This document shows positions 54,767 to 64,000 of a DNA stretch of 64,000 nt, piece by piece. The notes beneath the pieces were generated by a model that was not told where the DNA came from, did not search any database, and saw only the letters and a program-made list of their open reading frames with translations. Every line of letters begins with the position of its first letter. Positions within the stretch are counted from its first letter, which is position 1. This DNA is from an uncultured Myxococcales bacterium (lineage in GTDB: Bacteria; Myxococcota; UBA727; CAYLZW01): NCBI GenBank assembly GCA_964388085.1, contig CAYLZW010000002.1, positions 225-64,224 of the forward strand, in the 5' to 3' direction. The position numbers and the translations under genes are program-made.

Positions 54767-55152
54767 CGAAGGGGAGCACCGGAACGACGCGCTGGGTGAT
54801 CCCCGAGGGGTACATCCCGGGCGAGAGCCACGGACCGGCGCCGGCGATGACGAGCCACGAGACCGCGTGCATGTTGAACACGGGGGACCAAGATGCACAC
54901 GTCGAGATCTGGATCTATTTCCACGACCGCGCGCCCGCTGGTCCCTTCGTCGTCGTCGTGCCCGCCGAGCGCACGCTACACCTGCGCTTCAACGACCTGC
55001 GCGAGCCCGAGGCGATCCCGAAGGAGACCGACTATGCGTCGCTGATCCTCTCGGACGTCCCCATCGTCGTGCAGCACACGCGCCTCGACTCGCGCCAAGC
55101 GGAGCTATCGCTGCTCTCGACGATGGCCTTCCCCGACGAGCGCACGCCCTAG
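54763..55152 (+). CDS. ASRT-family (sensory-rhodopsin-transducer-like) small beta-sandwich protein
   Basis: 129 aa, with segments (AEGYIP, SHET.C.LN.GD.DAHVEI.IY, P.R.T.H.RFNDL, VPIVVQHTRLDSRQAE) that I recall as conserved in the ASRT family (memory-based, not checked against a database). ATGA overlap with the upstream stop. Confidence 0.5.
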   Translation: MTKGSTGTTRWVIPEGYIPGESHGPAPAMTSHETACMLNTGDQDAHVEIWIYFHDRAPAGPFVVVVPAERTLHLRFNDLREPEAIPKETDYASLILSDVPIVVQHTRLDSRQAELSLLSTMAFPDERTP

Positions 55153-55309
55153 ACGGGCCGAGCGCCGCAAGCGGTGCGTCCGTCTCATCCCCTGCCGCCG
55201 CGGCCTACGAAGTAGCGCCCGTCCCTCGAGTCCTGACAAGATCGGCAAGCTCGGGGGTCGCAGGCGATAGCGCTCGCGACGTCGCCGACGGAAGGGCACG
55301 CGTCGGGGG

Positions 55310-57733
55310 ATGTCGAAGCCGCACGAGAAAGACGACACGACGGGTCGCGCGGGACCGGCGGCGACGGGCGATCCGACGCTCGAGCTCGAGAGCGCCGCGA
55401 GCGGCGACGGCGGGCATGACGAGTTCGACGGCCCCACGCAGCTCGTCGACCCCGGCGCCTACGCGGCCACCGTGTCGAAGACCCAGCGCAGCGAAGAGCA
55501 GGACGCCGACGAGACAGAGCTGCGACAGCCTCGGGGAGACGCCGACGACACGGTGATTCGCGCGAGCAGCAGCTCCCCGACGAGCGGCGGGCTGTTCCCC
55601 GACACGGGCCTGCAGCTGCCGCAACGGCTCGGTCAATACACGCTGGTCGAGCTGCTCGGGCTCGGCGGCATGGCCGAGGTGTTCCGCGCGCAACAAGACG
55701 GCCCCTCGGGGTTTCGCCGCGAGCTCGTCATCAAGCGCATCCACCCGCACCTCTCCATCGACGAGCGCTTCGTGCAGATGTTCCTGCGCGAGGCGCGCGT
55801 CGCGCAGGGGCTGCAGCACCGCAACATCGTGCGCATCGATGAGCTCGGCGTCGACAAGGGCATCTACTTCATCGCCATGGAGCTCGTGGACGGGCTGACG
55901 CTGCAGCGCCTCGCACGCCGCGCCTGGCGCAGCGGGCTCAGCGTGCCGATGGAGCTCATCGTCGCCGCCGCGGCCGACGCCGCCACCGCGCTCAACTACG
56001 CGCATAGCTACATCGACCCCGACGGGAGCGCGCGCCGCATCGTCCACCGCGACGTCAGCCCCGACAACCTCATCATCGATCGCGCGGGCAACACCAAGCT
56101 GCTCGACTTCGGCGTCGCCAAGGCCGCGGGCTCCATCTCCGTCACGCGCGCGGGGGAGGTGAAGGGCAAGGTGCCTTATATGGCGCCCGAGCAGTTGCAC
56201 GGCCGGCCCCTCGACGGGCGCTCGGACCTCTACTCGCTCGGCGCGACCCTGTACTGGCTGCTCACCGGCAAGCGGCCGTTCCGTGGCGAGACGGACCTCG
56301 AGGTGATGCAGGCCATCGCCTACCAGGAGCCGGTCCCGCCGCGGGAGCTCAACGGCGAGATCCCGGAGGTGCTCGAGCGGGTCGTCTTGCGCCTGCTCTC
56401 GAAGCAGCCCGATGGCCGCCACGCCAACGGCCAGCAGCTCGCCGACGAGCTCACCGCCATGGTGCTGCCTTCGCGGCGAGACGTCGCGTCCTTCGTCGAG
56501 GAGGCCATGGCGCTCGACAAAGCCGACGACAACGATCCGATCAGCGTCTCGAGCTTCATCGCGGCCACGCCGCGTACGACGCACTTCGTCGCGGAGTCCC
56601 GGCGGCTGTGGCTCGAGCGCTACCTCCCCGAGGAGGACGGCGCCGCTCCCTCCGTGCCGGCGGCGCCCGAGCCGACCGAGACCGCCCGCTTCCACGACGA
56701 CATGCAGCTACTCGCCGACGCGGACCTCGAGGAGCTCGAGGAGGCCGACGTCGGCGACGGCGATCCCGGCGCGCTGCAAGCGAGCGACGCGCCGGAGCCG
56801 GAGCGCCGCGCGACCGCGCCGCTCGGACCGCTCGGCCTCGAGGACGCCGCCGTCGTCGAGCCGCACGCCGCACCCACGCCGGACGTGCCTCCGCGCCGCC
56901 TCCCCGTCACGGCGATGGGAGCGGGCGCCGCGGCCGCGGTGGTGCTCGCCGGGATCGGCTGGGCGCTCTCCGGCAGCGACGAGCCCGCGCTGCGGACGCT
57001 CCCCTCCCCCGCCGTCATGGCCGCCAGCGGAGCGGGGAAGGACGGGAAGGCCGGCGGCGACGGCGACTGGAGCTTCCTCGGGGAAGAACCTTCCACGCTC
57101 GAAGGCGCGCGCGACGACGACACAGAGCGACCGACGAGCGACGACGAGCACACGCAGGCGGGCGCCGCCGAGAAGCGCGCGCCCCAGGTGACGAACCCCG
57201 GCGCTGGCATGGAGCACACCGTCGCGACGAACGCGGGCGAGAATGACGACGACGTCGCAGAACGGACGCAGCGCGCGTCAGCCGGCGAGAGCGAGGGCAG
57301 CGCGAGCAGACAGCAGGCTCATCGCGCCGCGATCCCGACGATCACCGTGGAAGCGCTCGGTCCCGCGAGCGTCGCCTGGCGCCTCGGTCGACGCACCCTC
57401 GGCACCGGCTCGACGACGCTCCAGGTGCCCGAGGGTACGACGGCGCTCTCGGCCTATCACCGCACGCGCAAGGTCCGGACGCGCATCCCCGTTCGCAACG
57501 GCAAGGTGAGCTACGACGACGCGCCCACCGGCACGCTCGACATCCGCGTCGTGCCCTACGCGACGATCTACGCGGGCAGCGAAAAGCTGTGGAAGGTGCC
57601 TGCGCCGCCGCGCGCCGTCCCCACGGGCACCTACACCCTGCGCATCGAGTACGACGGCAGGTCGAAGACGGAGACCGTCGTCGTCGAGAAGGGCGGGACC
57701 GCGAAGGTGCGCGTCAACATGATGGCGCCGTGA
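55310..57733 (+). CDS. Hanks Ser/Thr kinase (same subfamily as A/B/C, no STAS N-terminus) with Pro/Ala-rich linker and C-terminal beta (PEGA-like) domain
   Basis: LGLGGMAEVF, VIKRI, HRDVSPDN, DFGVAK, YMAPEQ. C-terminus ...GTYTLRIEYDGRSKTETVVVEKGGTAKV. Confidence 0.85.
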   Translation: MSKPHEKDDTTGRAGPAATGDPTLELESAASGDGGHDEFDGPTQLVDPGAYAATVSKTQRSEEQDADETELRQPRGDADDTVIRASSSSPTSGGLFPDTGLQLPQRLGQYTLVELLGLGGMAEVFRAQQDGPSGFRRELVIKRIHPHLSIDERFVQMFLREARVAQGLQHRNIVRIDELGVDKGIYFIAMELVDGLTLQRLARRAWRSGLSVPMELIVAAAADAATALNYAHSYIDPDGSARRIVHRDVSPDNLIIDRAGNTKLLDFGVAKAAGSISVTRAGEVKGKVPYMAPEQLHGRPLDGRSDLYSLGATLYWLLTGKRPFRGETDLEVMQAIAYQEPVPPRELNGEIPEVLERVVLRLLSKQPDGRHANGQQLADELTAMVLPSRRDVASFVEEAMALDKADDNDPISVSSFIAATPRTTHFVAESRRLWLERYLPEEDGAAPSVPAAPEPTETARFHDDMQLLADADLEELEEADVGDGDPGALQASDAPEPERRATAPLGPLGLEDAAVVEPHAAPTPDVPPRRLPVTAMGAGAAAAVVLAGIGWALSGSDEPALRTLPSPAVMAASGAGKDGKAGGDGDWSFLGEEPSTLEGARDDDTERPTSDDEHTQAGAAEKRAPQVTNPGAGMEHTVATNAGENDDDVAERTQRASAGESEGSASRQQAHRAAIPTITVEALGPASVAWRLGRRTLGTGSTTLQVPEGTTALSAYHRTRKVRTRIPVRNGKVSYDDAPTGTLDIRVVPYATIYAGSEKLWKVPAPPRAVPTGTYTLRIEYDGRSKTETVVVEKGGTAKVRVNMMAP

Positions 57734-57750
57734 GCGTGCGCCATGTGGGC

Positions 57751-58428
57751 TCATTCCTCGAGCCGATCGAACGCGATCAGCGCGGCGCCGGCGCCGGCGA
57801 GCGCGATGCCGGCCACGCCCAGGACGGCGGCCGTCGCGACCTGCGCGTTCGCGGCCTGGAGCGGGTTCGAGGCGTCGATTTGAAACGCCTCCGGGTCGCT
57901 CGCCGACGCGAGGCTGCCCGCCGTCAGGGCGCCGAACAACGCCGCTCCGCCGAGCCCTACGACGCCGAGCCCCGCCATCGTGCCGCCCGCGATGAGCAGC
58001 AGCGGTAGCTCTTCCCCCGCGGGCGCTCTTTGGGCGGCGGGCGCCTGCTCGGCGGCGATCGGCTCCGCGGCGGCCGCGGCGGCCTCGGCGAGCGCCGCCA
58101 CCTCCGCGCGCTGCTCGTCGAGAAACCCGCGAACTTTCGGCGGCGCGATCTCGGGCGGCACGACGTCGAGTCTGAGCTCGAGCGCGCGACGCGCGGCCGC
58201 CTTCGCGCCCTCGTCGTCACCGACGCCCGCACGACACATGGACTCCCACACGGCCAGCGTCGCGCGCTCGTCGTCGCTGCGGCCCTCCTCGGCGGACGCC
58301 GCGCGGAAGCGCTCGAGGGCGAGCTCGAACTCGAGGTCCTGATACGCGGCGAGGCCCTCTTGGAACGCAGGGCTGTCCGCGAGAGCGCCAGCGACAGCGA
58401 GCCACGCAGCCAGTGTCAAAACGAACAT
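57751..58428 (-). CDS. Small signal-peptide/TPR-like protein with C-terminal Gly/Ala-rich TM segment
   Basis: Start taken at MFVLTLAAWLAVAGALA (signal peptide). Convergent with kinase D. The ORF-track N-terminal extension is rejected. Confidence 0.45.
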   Translation of the reverse strand: MFVLTLAAWLAVAGALADSPAFQEGLAAYQDLEFELALERFRAASAEEGRSDDERATLAVWESMCRAGVGDDEGAKAAARRALELRLDVVPPEIAPPKVRGFLDEQRAEVAALAEAAAAAAEPIAAEQAPAAQRAPAGEELPLLLIAGGTMAGLGVVGLGGAALFGALTAGSLASASDPEAFQIDASNPLQAANAQVATAAVLGVAGIALAGAGAALIAFDRLEE

Positions 58429-58531
58429 GGCGCCGAGAGTATCAAAAGCGCGGGTACCCGCGTCACTCCGCCACCGCCCCCAAAGGGGTTGTTGACCCTT
58501 GCATGAACTCGCTAAGCAGGGAGACTCGAGC

Positions 58532-60649
58532 ATGAGGTGCACGGTGCGACGTTCGACGCAGGCCCGAACGCGACGGAACGCAGCGGCAGCGGTGCTTTGC
58601 TGCGCCGCCGTCGGCATCATCGCGCTCAGCGCCGCCGAGCAGGGGCACTCGAAGAAGGCCTTCGCGAAGAAGGAAGACAAGCGCTGCTCGCACTGCCACG
58701 ACAACCCGAACGGAGGCGGGCCCCGCAACCTGACCGGCCTCTACTACCAGGCAATGAGCGAGCTGCCCGCCGGGCTCTCGCGTGGGGAGACCGAGGCGGT
58801 CGTCGACAGGTGGCTCGACGAGGTGACGCACACGACGCCTGACCTCGTGTGGCGTCACACCCCCGTGATGGCGTTGGCCGACGTCGCGAAGCCCGCCTAC
58901 GAGCGGGCCAGCGACCTCGAGATCCTGCGGCGCATGTCCCTCGACCTACGCGGGGCGCCGCCCAGCGCGCGTGACGTCGACGAGGTGTCCTCGGGCCGGA
59001 AATCGCTCGACGACAAGCTCGAGCAGTACCTCGCCAGCGACGACTTCGTGCGCACCTTCGAGCTCTACCACATGGACCTCGTGCGCCCGCGTACGGGCAT
59101 CTTCAACAAAGCGGCCTCCCTCTCGCTGGTGCACGAGCGGCGGACGCCGGCGGGTACGGTGTTCACGTCGTCGCGCGTCGGTGACGAGCTCAAGAGCGGT
59201 GACTGCGACGCGGACAAGGTCGTCGAGGTGAGCCCCTATTGGGACCGCAAGGAGCGCGTGAAGGTCTGTCGCAAGAGCGCCCGCGAGGAGCGCTACGCGA
59301 CGACGGAGGCCGGCGCCCAGATCGACTGTGCGACCGAGATCGGGCAGCGCTCGGGGCTCTGCGGCTGCGGGCCGAACCTCGTGTACTGCTATCGGAAGAA
59401 AGACCGCGGCTACGTGAAGAAGTCGATGCTCCAGGAGGGCGCGCGCGTCGCCATGGAGATAGTCGAGCGAGACCTGCCCTACTCGCAGGTGCTCACCGCC
59501 GACTGGAGCATGTGGAACGGCCGCCTCGAGCACTTCTACGCGCGCCTCGACGGCCGGCTCGGCGAGCTGAAGGACGCCGACGTCTACCGGCCCTTCCACC
59601 GCGTCGAGCGGGACCCGCGGCACTCGGGCGTGCTCACGACGCACTCGTACCTGAACTTCTTCTACAACGGCCGGCGCTGGGCGCAGCGGACCTTCGAGAG
59701 CTTCCTCTGCCACGACACCTGGCCGGACTACGAGCTGCTCGACGAGCACGAGGGCAAGCCGCCGGTGCCCTACCGGCATCACCCGACGGCCAAGGCCGAG
59801 ATCAACGTCAACTCCGGTCGCGCCTGCGCCGCCTGTCACCTGCAGCTCGACGGGCTGAGTCGCGTGAAGGACCGCTGGGACAACTTCGGGCAGTACTACG
59901 ACCTCGCGAACGTGCCGCAGAGCATCAACTTCCTCGGCGAGACGGTCGACGGCATGGACGCGTTCGGGCGCGCGCTCGCCAAGTCCGATGTCTTTCTCGA
60001 CTGCGCCGTGAGCCAGGCCTGGGAGCACTTCCTCGGGCATCGCTTCGAGCCGAAGGAGGTGCGGACGCGTCGCGCCCTCCTCGGTGAGCTGAAGAGCAGC
60101 GGCGAGAGCTTCAAGTCGCTCCTCCGGGCCATCGTCCGGAGCGACGAATACCGCGCGAAGGACGCGCTCAAGATCATGGAGCGTGAGCTGTATTGGCGCT
60201 CCATGGAGCGCATCACGGGCGTGAAGTGGCGCGTCGGCAAAAAGCGCGGCTTCGACGTGTTCTACGACAAGGTCGCCGGCATGGATTATCGGAAGATCGA
60301 GGAGCGCGACCGCTCTCCGAGCCAGGGGCACTCGCTCGTCCAGTACAAGGCCGCGGCCGAGACCTGTGACATCGCCATCGACCGCGATGAGGAGCGAGCC
60401 GCCGCCGAGCGCAAGATGCTCGCCGACGTCGACGACGTGGACGAGGCCCCGAGCGACGCCGAGCTCGATGCGGTGCTGAACGACTGGTACACGCGGATCT
60501 ACGCGCGCCCGCTCTCGCTCGTGCCGGACGACGAGAAGCAGCTGATGCGCGGGCTCTTCAAGCGCGTGAGCGACGAGCACTCGCCGGCGGATGGTTATAA
60601 GGCGGTGTGCACGGCCCTGTTCGCGTCCGCGGACTTCGCCCTCTATTGA
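58532..60649 (+). CDS. DUF1549/DUF1553-type protein with N-terminal CxxCH (PSCyt2-like) motif
   Basis: Signal peptide, CSHCHDNPNGGGPRNLTGLYYQ, long Cys-containing central and C-terminal regions (CAACHLQLDG). Architecture as in Planctomycete PSCyt2-DUF1549-DUF1553 proteins. Confidence 0.7.
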   Translation: MRCTVRRSTQARTRRNAAAAVLCCAAVGIIALSAAEQGHSKKAFAKKEDKRCSHCHDNPNGGGPRNLTGLYYQAMSELPAGLSRGETEAVVDRWLDEVTHTTPDLVWRHTPVMALADVAKPAYERASDLEILRRMSLDLRGAPPSARDVDEVSSGRKSLDDKLEQYLASDDFVRTFELYHMDLVRPRTGIFNKAASLSLVHERRTPAGTVFTSSRVGDELKSGDCDADKVVEVSPYWDRKERVKVCRKSAREERYATTEAGAQIDCATEIGQRSGLCGCGPNLVYCYRKKDRGYVKKSMLQEGARVAMEIVERDLPYSQVLTADWSMWNGRLEHFYARLDGRLGELKDADVYRPFHRVERDPRHSGVLTTHSYLNFFYNGRRWAQRTFESFLCHDTWPDYELLDEHEGKPPVPYRHHPTAKAEINVNSGRACAACHLQLDGLSRVKDRWDNFGQYYDLANVPQSINFLGETVDGMDAFGRALAKSDVFLDCAVSQAWEHFLGHRFEPKEVRTRRALLGELKSSGESFKSLLRAIVRSDEYRAKDALKIMERELYWRSMERITGVKWRVGKKRGFDVFYDKVAGMDYRKIEERDRSPSQGHSLVQYKAAAETCDIAIDRDEERAAAERKMLADVDDVDEAPSDAELDAVLNDWYTRIYARPLSLVPDDEKQLMRGLFKRVSDEHSPADGYKAVCTALFASADFALY

Positions 60650-60703
60650 GCCTCGCCGAAGCTCGTGCGATCCCAGGACGTGCTCTGCGACGGATGACCG
60701 ACG

Positions 60704-62035
60704 ATGGATGACACCAAGCTGAACCGACGATCGCTGCTGGCGCGCATGGCGCTCGCCGGTGGGGCGCTCGTGCTGCCGTCGTCCGCGTGGATCGCCTGTC
60801 GTCCCGAGCGCGAGGAGCCGCCGGTGTCGAGCGAGCGACGCAGCGACCGCTACTTCGTGTTCTATTACATGATGGGCGGCTGGGACCTGACGCTGCTGTC
60901 CGATCCGCTCATCGAGAGGGGCCGCATCTCCACGCAGTACGAGCCGTCCGAGATCTTCGAGGCCGGACGACAGCGCTTTGGCCCCGCCATGCGGCCGGTG
61001 ACGCCGTTCTTCGACCGCATGGCGATCATTCGCGGCATCGAGGCCCAGGCGCTGAACCATCCGCAGGCGCGCTTCCAGCTGGTGAGCGGCCACTTCAAAG
61101 AGCCCGGCGAGGAGGTCCAGGCGAGCCTGCAGACGCGCATCGCGGCCGCCATCGGCAAGCGCTATCCGCTGCCGAACCTGTCGAGCGACGCCATGCGGCC
61201 CGCCGTCTACCTCGGTGAGATGGACGCGCACGTGAAGCCGCTGCGCATCGCCAGCGCGCGCCAGCTCGAGTCCCTCGCGCGCGTGGAGGGCGCCACCCCT
61301 GGCTACCGGAAGGACATCGAGGAGGTCATCGCCGCGCGTGATCGCGCGTTCGCCACACGTTACGAGAGCGCGCTCGCCGACGACTTCGTCTCCTACGCGC
61401 AGCTCGCGCGCGCGGCCGGCAACTCGGACCTCGTGGCGCGCGCCAAGCTCGCGGAGCCGGTCTCGTTGCCCGACGGCCTGAAGCATGTGCGGCCCGACAA
61501 CCGCTGGGGCACCCAGGTGCAGCTCGCGGTCGAGTGCATCAAGCACGACATGGCGCCTTGCGTCACCGTCGGCAGCGGCGAGTTCGACTCGCACGACCGG
61601 AACGAGTACGTGTCACACCGGCAGAAGGTCGAGCGCGGCATGGAGACGGTAGCGGCCATCTGCCACGGGCTCCTTCGGCACCGGCTCGACGACGGCAGCA
61701 CGCTGCTCGACAAGACGACCGTCTGCGTCTTCAGCGAGTTCAGCCGCGAGCCCTGGATCAACGAGCTCGGCGGCAAGCACCACTGGTCCGCTAACGCGGC
61801 CATGATCATCGGCAACGGCGTCAAGCGCTCGGCGCCCGGCGAGGGACCGGTTGTCTTCGGGGAGACCGACGACGGGCTCTTTCCCGTCCCCATCGACGCG
61901 GAGACGGGCAGCCGCACGAGCAAGAACGCCGACCTGCTGCTCATCACGCACGCGCTCTCGACGGTGCTCAGCATCGCCGGCGTGGATCCTGCCACGCACT
62001 TCGACGAGCCCCCCATCGCGGCGGTGCTCAGCTGA
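60704..62035 (+). CDS. DUF1501-family (sulfatase-like) protein with Tat signal
   Basis: RRSLLARMALAGGALVLP twin-arginine signal. Conserved HHWS and FGETDDG-type segments of DUF1501. It is the canonical partner of DUF1549/1553 genes. Confidence 0.7.
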   Translation: MDDTKLNRRSLLARMALAGGALVLPSSAWIACRPEREEPPVSSERRSDRYFVFYYMMGGWDLTLLSDPLIERGRISTQYEPSEIFEAGRQRFGPAMRPVTPFFDRMAIIRGIEAQALNHPQARFQLVSGHFKEPGEEVQASLQTRIAAAIGKRYPLPNLSSDAMRPAVYLGEMDAHVKPLRIASARQLESLARVEGATPGYRKDIEEVIAARDRAFATRYESALADDFVSYAQLARAAGNSDLVARAKLAEPVSLPDGLKHVRPDNRWGTQVQLAVECIKHDMAPCVTVGSGEFDSHDRNEYVSHRQKVERGMETVAAICHGLLRHRLDDGSTLLDKTTVCVFSEFSREPWINELGGKHHWSANAAMIIGNGVKRSAPGEGPVVFGETDDGLFPVPIDAETGSRTSKNADLLLITHALSTVLSIAGVDPATHFDEPPIAAVLS

Positions 62036-62895
62036 TGGACATCCTGATCGCGCTCTTCGGACGCTTTCACCCCATGCTCGTGCACTTCCCCATCGCGCTC
62101 CTCGTGGTGGCGACCGGGCTCCGCCTCGGCGCGCTCACGCTGAAGCGCCCGGCGTTGAATGCCGGCACGCGGGGGCTCGTCTATCTCGCCGCGGCATCGG
62201 CGGTGTTGTCTGCCGGCGCGGGCCTCGCCCTCGCGGCGGGCGACACCTGGCACGGGTCGTCGGCCGACACCCTCGAGCGACACAAGTGGCTGGCGCTCGC
62301 GGGAACTCTCATCGCCGTCGTCGCGGCGGCCCTCGAGCGTGCTCGTCCCCAGAAGGAGAATGATGTGATGAACGCGGTCCTCCTCGTCGTTTCCACCGGC
62401 CTCATCGCGGCGGGCGCTCACCTCGGCGGCAGCCTGGTCTTCGGTGACGACCACTTCTCGTCGGCCTTCGCTGCGCAGGAAGCTCCCGAGGTCGCCGCGG
62501 CCGACCCCGTGAAGGACGAGAAGGCGCCCGAGAAGAAGGCGCCCGAGAAGAAGGCGCCCGAGAAGAAGGCGCCCGACGAGAAGAAGGCGCAGGCGAAGGT
62601 CGACTTCAAGACGCAGATCGAGCCCATCTTCGAGAAGTCGTGCCTGAAGTGCCACGGCGTGAAGAAGAAGAAGGGCGACCTGCGCCTCGATAAGCGCGAG
62701 TACGCGTTGAAGGGCGGCGAGAGCGGCGAGCCCGCCATCCTCCCCGGCAAGGGCGCCGAGTCGCACCTGTACAAGCTCATCACGCTGCCCGAGGACCACG
62801 AAGACGTCATGCCGGCCAAGGGCGACCTGCTCACCAAGGAGCAGCAGGAGCTCATCCGTCGCTGGATCGACGAGGGCGCTCACTGGTCGAAGTAG
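62035..62895 (+). CDS. Polytopic membrane protein with KAPEKK repeats and C-terminal PSCyt1-like CxxCH domain
   Basis: 4 predicted TM helices, (KAPEKK)x4, CLKCHGVKKKKGDLRLD... TGATG overlap with the upstream stop. Confidence 0.6.
   Translation: MDILIALFGRFHPMLVHFPIALLVVATGLRLGALTLKRPALNAGTRGLVYLAAASAVLSAGAGLALAAGDTWHGSSADTLERHKWLALAGTLIAVVAAALERARPQKENDVMNAVLLVVSTGLIAAGAHLGGSLVFGDDHFSSAFAAQEAPEVAAADPVKDEKAPEKKAPEKKAPEKKAPDEKKAQAKVDFKTQIEPIFEKSCLKCHGVKKKKGDLRLDKREYALKGGESGEPAILPGKGAESHLYKLITLPEDHEDVMPAKGDLLTKEQQELIRRWIDEGAHWSK
62515..62592. repeat. 15-nt tandem repeat (aaggcgcccgagaag)x4 encoding (KAPEK)n
   Basis: Read directly at 62521-62580, with flanking degenerate copies. Confidence 0.8.
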
Positions 62896-62985
62896 CTGCT
62901 CGTCGGAGAGACACAAGCTCTCTCGCCACGCCGCGACGAAACACAAAGAAGGTGCCGTTGCGGCGTTGCGTGAGATTCGTTTCGC

Positions 62986-64000
62986 TCAGTCCAGCGCACG
63001 GACCTCGAGCGAGCGCTTGTCCGCGAGGCCGGTGTCGTCCGTGACGACGATCTCGTGGTGCCCTGGCGACGGCGTCCACCAGAGCGGCTCCTCCGGGCCG
63101 ACGGTGCCGAGGTAGCGGCCGTCGACGAACCAGCTGAGCTTCGCCCCGGCCCCTCCCGCGCGCGCCTCGAGCGGGATCTCCTGCCGGTCGAGCGCGACGC
63201 CCGGGACGAGGAGCGCCACGCGGCCGTCCTGCGGCGACACGATGGCGGGCGCCACACGACCGCTCGCGACCGCGCAACCTTCGGCCCACTCCGGCGGCGG
63301 CGGTAGACGACGCTGCTCTTGTCGCAGCCAACGGCGCACCTCCGGGGGCAGCACGAGGAAGGCCCGCGTCTCCCACTGCCGGCCCGCGCGGCACGCGGGC
63401 GTGACGGCGCGATCGGTCTTCACGTCGACGTCGATGGCCTTGTGGAAGGGGCACTCGTCCGTCGGCACGCGGTCGGCCAACGCGTCGACGACGACGGTGT
63501 GCGGGCAGGCGTCGCTGGCCGGCCGCCCGGACCACGAGCAGACCTCGATGGGACGGAGCCCTTCGCTCGGCGGCCGCGGCGCGACGAGGCGCGATCCACC
63601 GAGCGCCTCGAGCACGTCGAACAGGATGGGCCCCGCCGCGTCCGCTCCCACGAGGTGCGCGCTCGGCGTGTTGTCGAGGTTGCCGAGCCAGACCACGGCC
63701 GTGAACGCGTCGTCGTAACCGGCGCTCCACGCGTCTTTGTGGCCGAAGGAGGTGCCCGTCTTCCAGCGCACCTGGGGCGGCACGCCCGTCATCCGACGTC
63801 GCTCGGGGAAGTCCGGTCGGTCTCGCAGCGACAGCGCTCGGCTCGTCAGCTCGACGGCCGCGGCGGACAGGATCCTCGTTGTCTTCGTGCCCTCGGCTGC
63901 GTCGCCGGTGTCGGCGCCCTCGCTGGAGCCCGCGAGCACTCGCAGCCGGCTGTGCTGCCCTCCTCGCGCGAGCATGCTGAACAGGCTGGCGAGCTCGAGG
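62986..64000 (-). CDS. Penicillin-binding protein 1C (PbpC)-like, C-terminal part (N-terminus outside window)
   Basis: KTG transpeptidase motif in VRWKTGTSFGHKDAWSAGY, then a PbpC-type C-terminal beta domain. The frame stays open upstream of the ORF-track M at 63975 to the window edge. Confidence 0.75.
   Translation of the reverse strand, partial: LELASLFSMLARGGQHSRLRVLAGSSEGADTGDAAEGTKTTRILSAAAVELTSRALSLRDRPDFPERRRMTGVPPQVRWKTGTSFGHKDAWSAGYDDAFTAVVWLGNLDNTPSAHLVGADAAGPILFDVLEALGGSRLVAPRPPSEGLRPIEVCSWSGRPASDACPHTVVVDALADRVPTDECPFHKAIDVDVKTDRAVTPACRAGRQWETRAFLVLPPEVRRWLRQEQRRLPPPPEWAEGCAVASGRVAPAIVSPQDGRVALLVPGVALDRQEIPLEARAGGAGAKLSWFVDGRYLGTVGPEEPLWWTPSPGHHEIVVTDDTGLADKRSLEVRALD

Overview
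This is a ~70% GC window, most plausibly from a myxobacterium (Myxococcota); I cannot place the genus. Coding density is high. Because of the GC content, most long six-frame ORFs (Arg/Ala/Gly-rich, antisense to real genes) are artefacts. Genes were called from recognisable motifs and GC3-consistent frames.

Content from 5' to 3':
- A partial ParA-like ATPase with an N-terminal zinc ribbon, divergent from a Hanks Ser/Thr kinase.
- A TPR protein.
- Housekeeping genes: pepP, the conserved nnr(yjeF)-tsaE(yjeE) pair, and an initiator tRNA-fMet with a near-consensus sigma70 promoter and an intrinsic terminator.
- An SDR-family gene, a giant STK-AAA-TPR kinase and a small STAS+zinc-ribbon protein.
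- A 1.2 kaa metzincin lipoprotein.
- A RiPP-like island (18.0-33.4 kb):
  - two paralogous unknown proteins;
  - an HlyD-family adaptor;
  - a PqqD-like/M50/HlyD fusion;
  - a fused E1-like/YcaO heterocyclase with a small Lys-rich ORF in an AT-richer divergent promoter;
  - an alpha/beta-hydrolase/PaaK-like adenylase gene translationally coupled to a cysteine desulfurase;
  - a TolC-like outer membrane factor.
- A GAF-PP2C (RsbU/SpoIIE-like) phosphatase and a secreted TSP3-repeat/poly-Pro/GDSL hydrolase.
- A seven-gene minus-strand operon (38.3-48.6 kb) that is the most unusual part of the window:
  - three paralogous proteins, each with two tandem STAS(anti-sigma-antagonist-like)+zinc-ribbon modules fused to a Hanks kinase;
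  - two paralogous receiver-like + RsbW-like GHKL ATPases;
  - a standalone STAS+zinc-ribbon protein;
  - a receiver-PilZ protein.
  - Start/stop codons are separated by a few nucleotides or overlap.
  - Together with the GAF-PP2C gene this looks like a partner-switching network hard-wired to eukaryotic-like kinases.
- A PoxB-like / enolase-superfamily / FAD-FeS oxidase / ASRT-like cluster.
- A fourth related kinase.
- A DUF1549/1553-DUF1501-PSCyt1 module.
- A partial PBP1C.

No CRISPR array, transposase or integrase was seen.

One caveat on coordinates: near 30.3 kb my count from the printed line labels is 1 nt off the ORF-track coordinates. I used the ORF-track coordinates for CDS ends and codon offsets from them for revised starts.
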